This document shows, in pieces, positions 59,266-64,000 of a stretch of DNA of 64,000 nt. Made by a program: the position numbers and the translations under genes. The stretch's first letter is position 1. Each line of letters begins with the position of its first letter. The notes below the pieces were generated by a model. It was given only the letters and a program-made list of their open reading frames with translations, did no database searches and was not told the origin of the DNA. This DNA comes from Eledone cirrhosa (lineage: Eukaryota): contig OZ024742.1 of assembly GCA_964016885.1 (NCBI GenBank), positions 4,464,001 to 4,528,000 of the forward strand. Direction: 5' to 3'.

Positions 59266-59331
59266 CCATCCTGAGGTATATGGCCTTTAATGCGACGAAA
59301 TGCCTACGACGGTTGGAAGGCCACTGATGAG
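59266..59331 (+). ncRNA. Candidate permuted k-turn hammerhead (family K)
   Basis: ccatcc-t-GA-ggtat-A-tggcctt-taatgcgac-GAAAtgcc-tac-GA-c-ggttgg-aaggcca-CTGATGA-g. Predicted cleavage after 59280. Confidence 0.6.
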
Positions 59332-59344
59332 GACAAACTTTTTC

Positions 59345-59377
<33 letters not shown>

Positions 59378-60530
59378 AACGGAAAAAATGAAACGAAATT
59401 TCATTTCCCACTCTTAGTACGGCTGTTACTTAAATATAAGTATGTACACGTACATACATATATGTATACAGACGCACAGTAGTATGTATATATATATACA
59501 TACATGCACACATATATATATATGTACGTATGGATTCACCGAACATTTATTATAATGCTCGGTGTGTTTGTAAACAAACATCCCGTATTAAGCCGTAGTG
59601 TCCAGCAACCATCGTTGCTCGTTTGTTCAACACTGACAAAGGAACGCTGTACTAGTTTCAAGCTTATTAGCTATCGTCAGCAACGTATACCTTCCTGCCA
59701 GATTGTTGAACGTATATACTTACCTTATGCATATTAACAGCTGAGAAGCCCAATTTGCATATCGAGTGGGTTAATCGGCCGGGTGCACCGAGATGTTTGT
59801 TTACAAACACACCGAGCATTATAATAAATGTTCGGTGAATCCATACGTACATATATATATGTGTGCATGTATGTATATATATATACATACTACTGTGCGT
59901 CTGTATACATATATGTATGTACGTGTACATACTCATATTTAAGTAACAGCCGTACTAAGAGTGGGAAATGAAATTTCGTTTCATTTTTTCCGTTTATCGT
60001 TTTCGGTGCACCCGGCCGATTAACCCACTCGATGTACGCGTACATACATATATGTATACAGACGTACAGTAGTATGTATATATACATACATACACACATA
60101 TATATGTACGTATGGATTCAGCGAACATCTATTATAATACTCGGTGTGTTTGTAAACAAACATCCCGTAATAAGCCGTAGTGTCTAGCAACCATCGTTGC
60201 TCGTTTGTTCAACAGTGACAAAGGAACGCTGTACTAGTTTCAAGCTTATTAGCTATCGTCAGCAACGTATACCTTCCTGCCAGATTGTTGAACGTATATA
60301 TTTACCTTATGCATATTAACGGCTGAGTAGCCCAATTTGCATATCGAGTGGGTTAATCGGCCGGGTGCACCGAAAACGATAAACGGAAAAAATGAAACGA
60401 AATTTCATTTCCCACTCTTAGTACGGCTGTTACTTAAATATATGTATGTACACGTACATACATATATGTATACAGACGTACAGTAGTATGTATATATACA
60501 TACATACACACATATATATGTACGTATGGA
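59378..60530 (-). mobile_element. HHR repeat family A: forward block, inverted block 59791-60032, forward block; HHRs at 59645-59685 and 60227-60267
   Basis: Minus strand: cgttg-CTGACGA-tagctaataagctt-GAAAC-ta-GTA-cagcg. Homologous to 5093-5697. Confidence 0.8.
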
Positions 60531-60558
60531 TAATTATATATATATATATATATATATA

Positions 60559-61399
60559 ATTAAGTTAAAAATGTACATCCACATATGTATACTGAAATAC
60601 TAGTATGCATATGAATACACACACGTGTACATATGTAGATGTACCGAGTTTTTCACTGGACACTTTACTGTGAGTGTCCAGCTCCTCGAAAACCAGTATG
60701 ACTCTAAAAACCGGTTTGTCTGTGTGTTTACATACAGAATAGCTGGACACTCACAGTAAAGTGTCCAGTGAAAAACTCGGTACATCTACATATGTACACG
60801 TGTGTGTATTCATATGCATACTAGTATTTCAGTATACATATGTGGATGTACATTTTTAACTTAATTGTTTAAGCGTCAGTCATACAAAAGTGAGTTACAA
60901 ACGAAACGAAATTTAATTTCGTTTCGTTATTTGTTTTTATCGTCTCCGCTGAACCGGTACGTACTCACGCTCTATGCAAATTAGTCTGCCCACTACTAAT
61001 TTTCATAGAAAAAGCATATAACGATATGTGCTTTTACGATTCTCTAGAAAGGCCGGAAGATAGGTAAATATTGCTGATGAGATGTAACAACATCGAAACT
61101 AGTCCAATATTCCTTGTCTGGCTTTCTGGAGAATAGAGGAAAGGTGTTTCCTCGAAAACCAGTATGACTCTAAAAACCGGTTTGTCTGTGTGTTTACATA
61201 CAGAATAGCTGGACACTCACAGTAAAGTGTCCAGTGAAAAACTCGGTACATCTACATATGTACACGTGTGTGTATTCATATGCATACTAGTATTTCAGTA
61301 TACATATGTGGATGTACATTTTTAACTTAATTGTTTAAGCGTCAGTCATACAAAAGTGAGTTACAAACGAAACGAAATTTAATTTCGTTTCGTTATTTG

Positions 61400-61404
<5 letters not shown>
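60559..61404 (+). mobile_element. HHR repeat family F: inverted piece 60559-60685 + 465 bp period tandem
   Basis: tcgaaaaccagtatgactc at 60687 and 61152; (TA)n flanks. Confidence 0.85.
61067..61111 (+). ncRNA. Minimal type I hammerhead, canonical GUC site
   Basis: aatattg-CTGATGA-gatgt aaca acatc-GAAAC-ta-GTC-caatatt. Confidence 0.88.
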
Positions 61405-61498
<94 letters not shown>

Positions 61499-62428
61499 AC
61501 AGGGAGAAAATGACGATTATTAGGAAGAAAAATATTTTTTTTCCCTTTTTATTTCTTTCTCTCTTTTTTCTGGGTTAGGAAATGATTAAAACGAAATATT
61601 TTACTTTGTGTGAAGTGTGAAGGTATTAGCTGATTTATTTATTAATTAACAATGGCATTTATTTATTTCTTTATATAATTAATAATTGTCTATTACTGGT
61701 TTCAGAATTTTTATGCATTATCAAATGATAATAATATGTATTGGTGTAGAATGTTGGTGTTGGACATGTTAAAGAAATGATGCAGAAAGAATAAAGTTAT
61801 TTACAAACAAGGTTTATGAAGTGAAAAGAAAAAAAGGGTCGTAATGTGGAGCATAATAAGTCAATGTGAAAGAAAAATAATGTTATTTACAGGCATAGTT
61901 CTTGAAGATAAGCAGATCAAAATGTGTTAATATAGCAAGAGTGCTTAGTTGATTCATGATGGAGGCAAATGGTGGATATATATATATATGGTGTATATAT
62001 ATATATATGACAATCTCCAACGTGTACGAGAGAAAGGAATGTAAATAATCTCTCAGTCGTCTTGTTCTATCTAAGAATATTTCAAACGATTACTTATATT
62101 TTCTAATTAGTCACTTTCTCAAACCAGTTCTATGTTTTCCTCGTAAAAATGGCTGATTAACTTACAAGGACTTTCATCTGTAAAACTAAAACCATCTTAT
62201 ATTCATAATCTAACATAATCTAATGATATAACTCCTAAACCATTTAAGATTTACTTTATGCTGCTGTTGTTGTTACTATTGCTTTTTATTTTATTTTTTC
62301 CAGTCTCCTTTCGTTTTTTGTTTGTTTGTTGTTGTTTTTTTTTTTATTTGCTTGTGTTTAGCTTTTTAGTCTTAAATCTGAAGAAACATCTGTTATCAGA
62401 TTTGTGGTTATATTAACACTAGATACAG

Positions 62429-63234
62429 CTATATATATAAAACTGAGGTTGTCTGTCTGTCTAATAAAAAGGTCGGCACCCATCTCCTCCTAAACCGTAC
62501 GTTCAAATTTCGGTGAAATTGCTACACTTATAGATGAAGGTCTGGCGGAGACATCGGTCCAAGAAAATTTCAAATCGACCCCCACCAAGTGCAAAAATCG
62601 AATTTGTAATGTATTGATTTTTCAGTTCAAATGTATAAAACATTTTTGACCGATAATCTCCGCCGGACCTTCATCTATAAGTGTAGCAACTTCACCGAAA
62701 TTTGAACGTACGGTTTAAGAGGGGATGTGTGCCGACCGTTTTTGTAGACAGACAGACAGACAACCTCAGTTTTATATATATAGATGTTACGAATATACGA
62801 CGCGTGCAAAAGTATAAAAATACATACATGAGATTTTCATTTAGAAGCAACGATTTTAAACGACAGACAGATAACGCATTTATTTTTTTTTTTCATGTCC
62901 ATCCAATTTCTTTCTTTCAAAATAACTGATAGTTTGGTTACGCTGATGTTTTTCTCGGAGGCAAGTGTTGCAATGTTTAAATTTTCGATTTTTGTTAATA
63001 GATTACCAGAGCAGTTTTTATCCCCAGCATCCTCTTTTGTTTTAACATTCGGGTTATGGTTATGTTTTCATAACTTAATAAGGCTTACTGTTGGTTGAGG
63101 GAATATTAATCAAAAGTACCACATTAAAGTCTACACTGTAGACTCTACAGTTTTTAAGCCAAGAAAGGAACTTTAGATTGTAACTTTAACACAGCTACTG
63201 AGCAGCCCCGAGCAACGCCGGGCTTTACTGTTAA
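62429..63234 (+). mobile_element. Non-autonomous Helitron-like element with internal ~140 bp inverted repeat (62429-62570 / 62640-62783)
   Basis: 5' ctatatatataaaa..(GTCT)n; 3' GC hairpin cccg-agcaacgc-cggg (63205-63223) about 10 nt before a degenerate end (ttaat rather than CTRR). Confidence 0.55.
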
Positions 63235-63404
63235 TATATGATATATTTATTCCCATGAGCTCCGCATACTTTCGCTATCCTAATTGACACACATATGTAA
63301 TTGTGCAACGTTTCGATCAAACTTGAATCCTCGGAATTTCGATGTAACCTTCCTAGCTATTCGTCTTTGCTATCTACATCATAATACTGTTATGTTTCCC
63401 ATAA

Positions 63405-63582
63405 TAGTTTCTGACTTAGGGACAAGCCCAACAATTTACGGTAAAGGGAAAGTCGATTAAATCGACACCAGTGAGTTACTGGTACTATTTTATCGAAAGG
63501 CAAAGCTAAGCTCGGGGGGTTTTGAACTCAGAATGTCAAGGGCTGTAACTATATGCCGCGAAGCACGCTGTCCGGCGCTCTC
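63405..63582 (-). mobile_element. tRNA-derived SINE (diverged)
   Basis: Same core as the other copies. Confidence 0.7.
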
Positions 63583-64000
63583 TGCAAGCTTTAGACTTGT
63601 CCACTATCAATTAGAATGTTAAATTATATCAGGGACTTTAGATAGGTAACTGCAGGATACTTTATAGTAAAATACATTGAGATTACATTTTAGTCATATT
63701 CCTACGAACAACACTTCCCCCAGAAAACATATTTCAACAAGATTTAACTATTTGTTCAATGCCCATTGTATCAAGTTACATTATATAAAATCATATATGT
63801 AAATATATTATTAATATCAACCTGTGTTTGCAGATGTTGTGCAATGAAAAGTATAATCTTCCTAAATAATTAATCTACTTTTTTATTCGTTCCTGTTAAA
63901 CAAAAATAAGAAAAATAACAATGTTGAAAATATATCGTGTCTCATGGACTTATCAAATTATCAATGAGGTAGTTCCGTTGTTTCTCGAGAAAAACTGCTA

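Larger units (their letters stand above)
58316..59345 (+). mobile_element. Repeat family K, ~622 bp period tandem (~1.65 units)
   Basis: cttttctcgcggg at ~58316 and ~58938. Ends in (TA)n. Confidence 0.85.

Overview
AT-rich, microsatellite-dense animal genomic DNA. The repeat landscape suggests a cephalopod such as Octopus, which is an inference. I found no host protein-coding gene I can support, and most ORFs in the track are artefacts of (TA)n, (CA)n, (GA)n or (GGTT)n. The window is mostly retroelement debris: several Penelope-like elements (PLEs) with RT and GIY-YIG domains and inverted terminal copies, a frameshifted CRE-like non-LTR element with a PHD finger (~28.6-31.9 kb, minus strand), a Tx1/L1-like LINE inside a (TATC)n tract (~32.5-36.75 kb), many tRNA-derived SINEs, and fold-back/Helitron-like elements. 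Several non-coding 0.4-0.6 kb repeat families sit in (TA)n tracts as partial tandems, often with an inverted copy, and most carry hammerhead ribozyme (HHR) motifs. The most striking observation is one repeat family (6 copies) with all three hammerhead core strands in a non-canonical order. It shows compensatory changes in stems I and III and a consensus kink-turn in stem III, so it is a candidate pseudoknotted (or trans-assembled) k-turn hammerhead. All structures were read by eye and are not computationally or experimentally confirmed.
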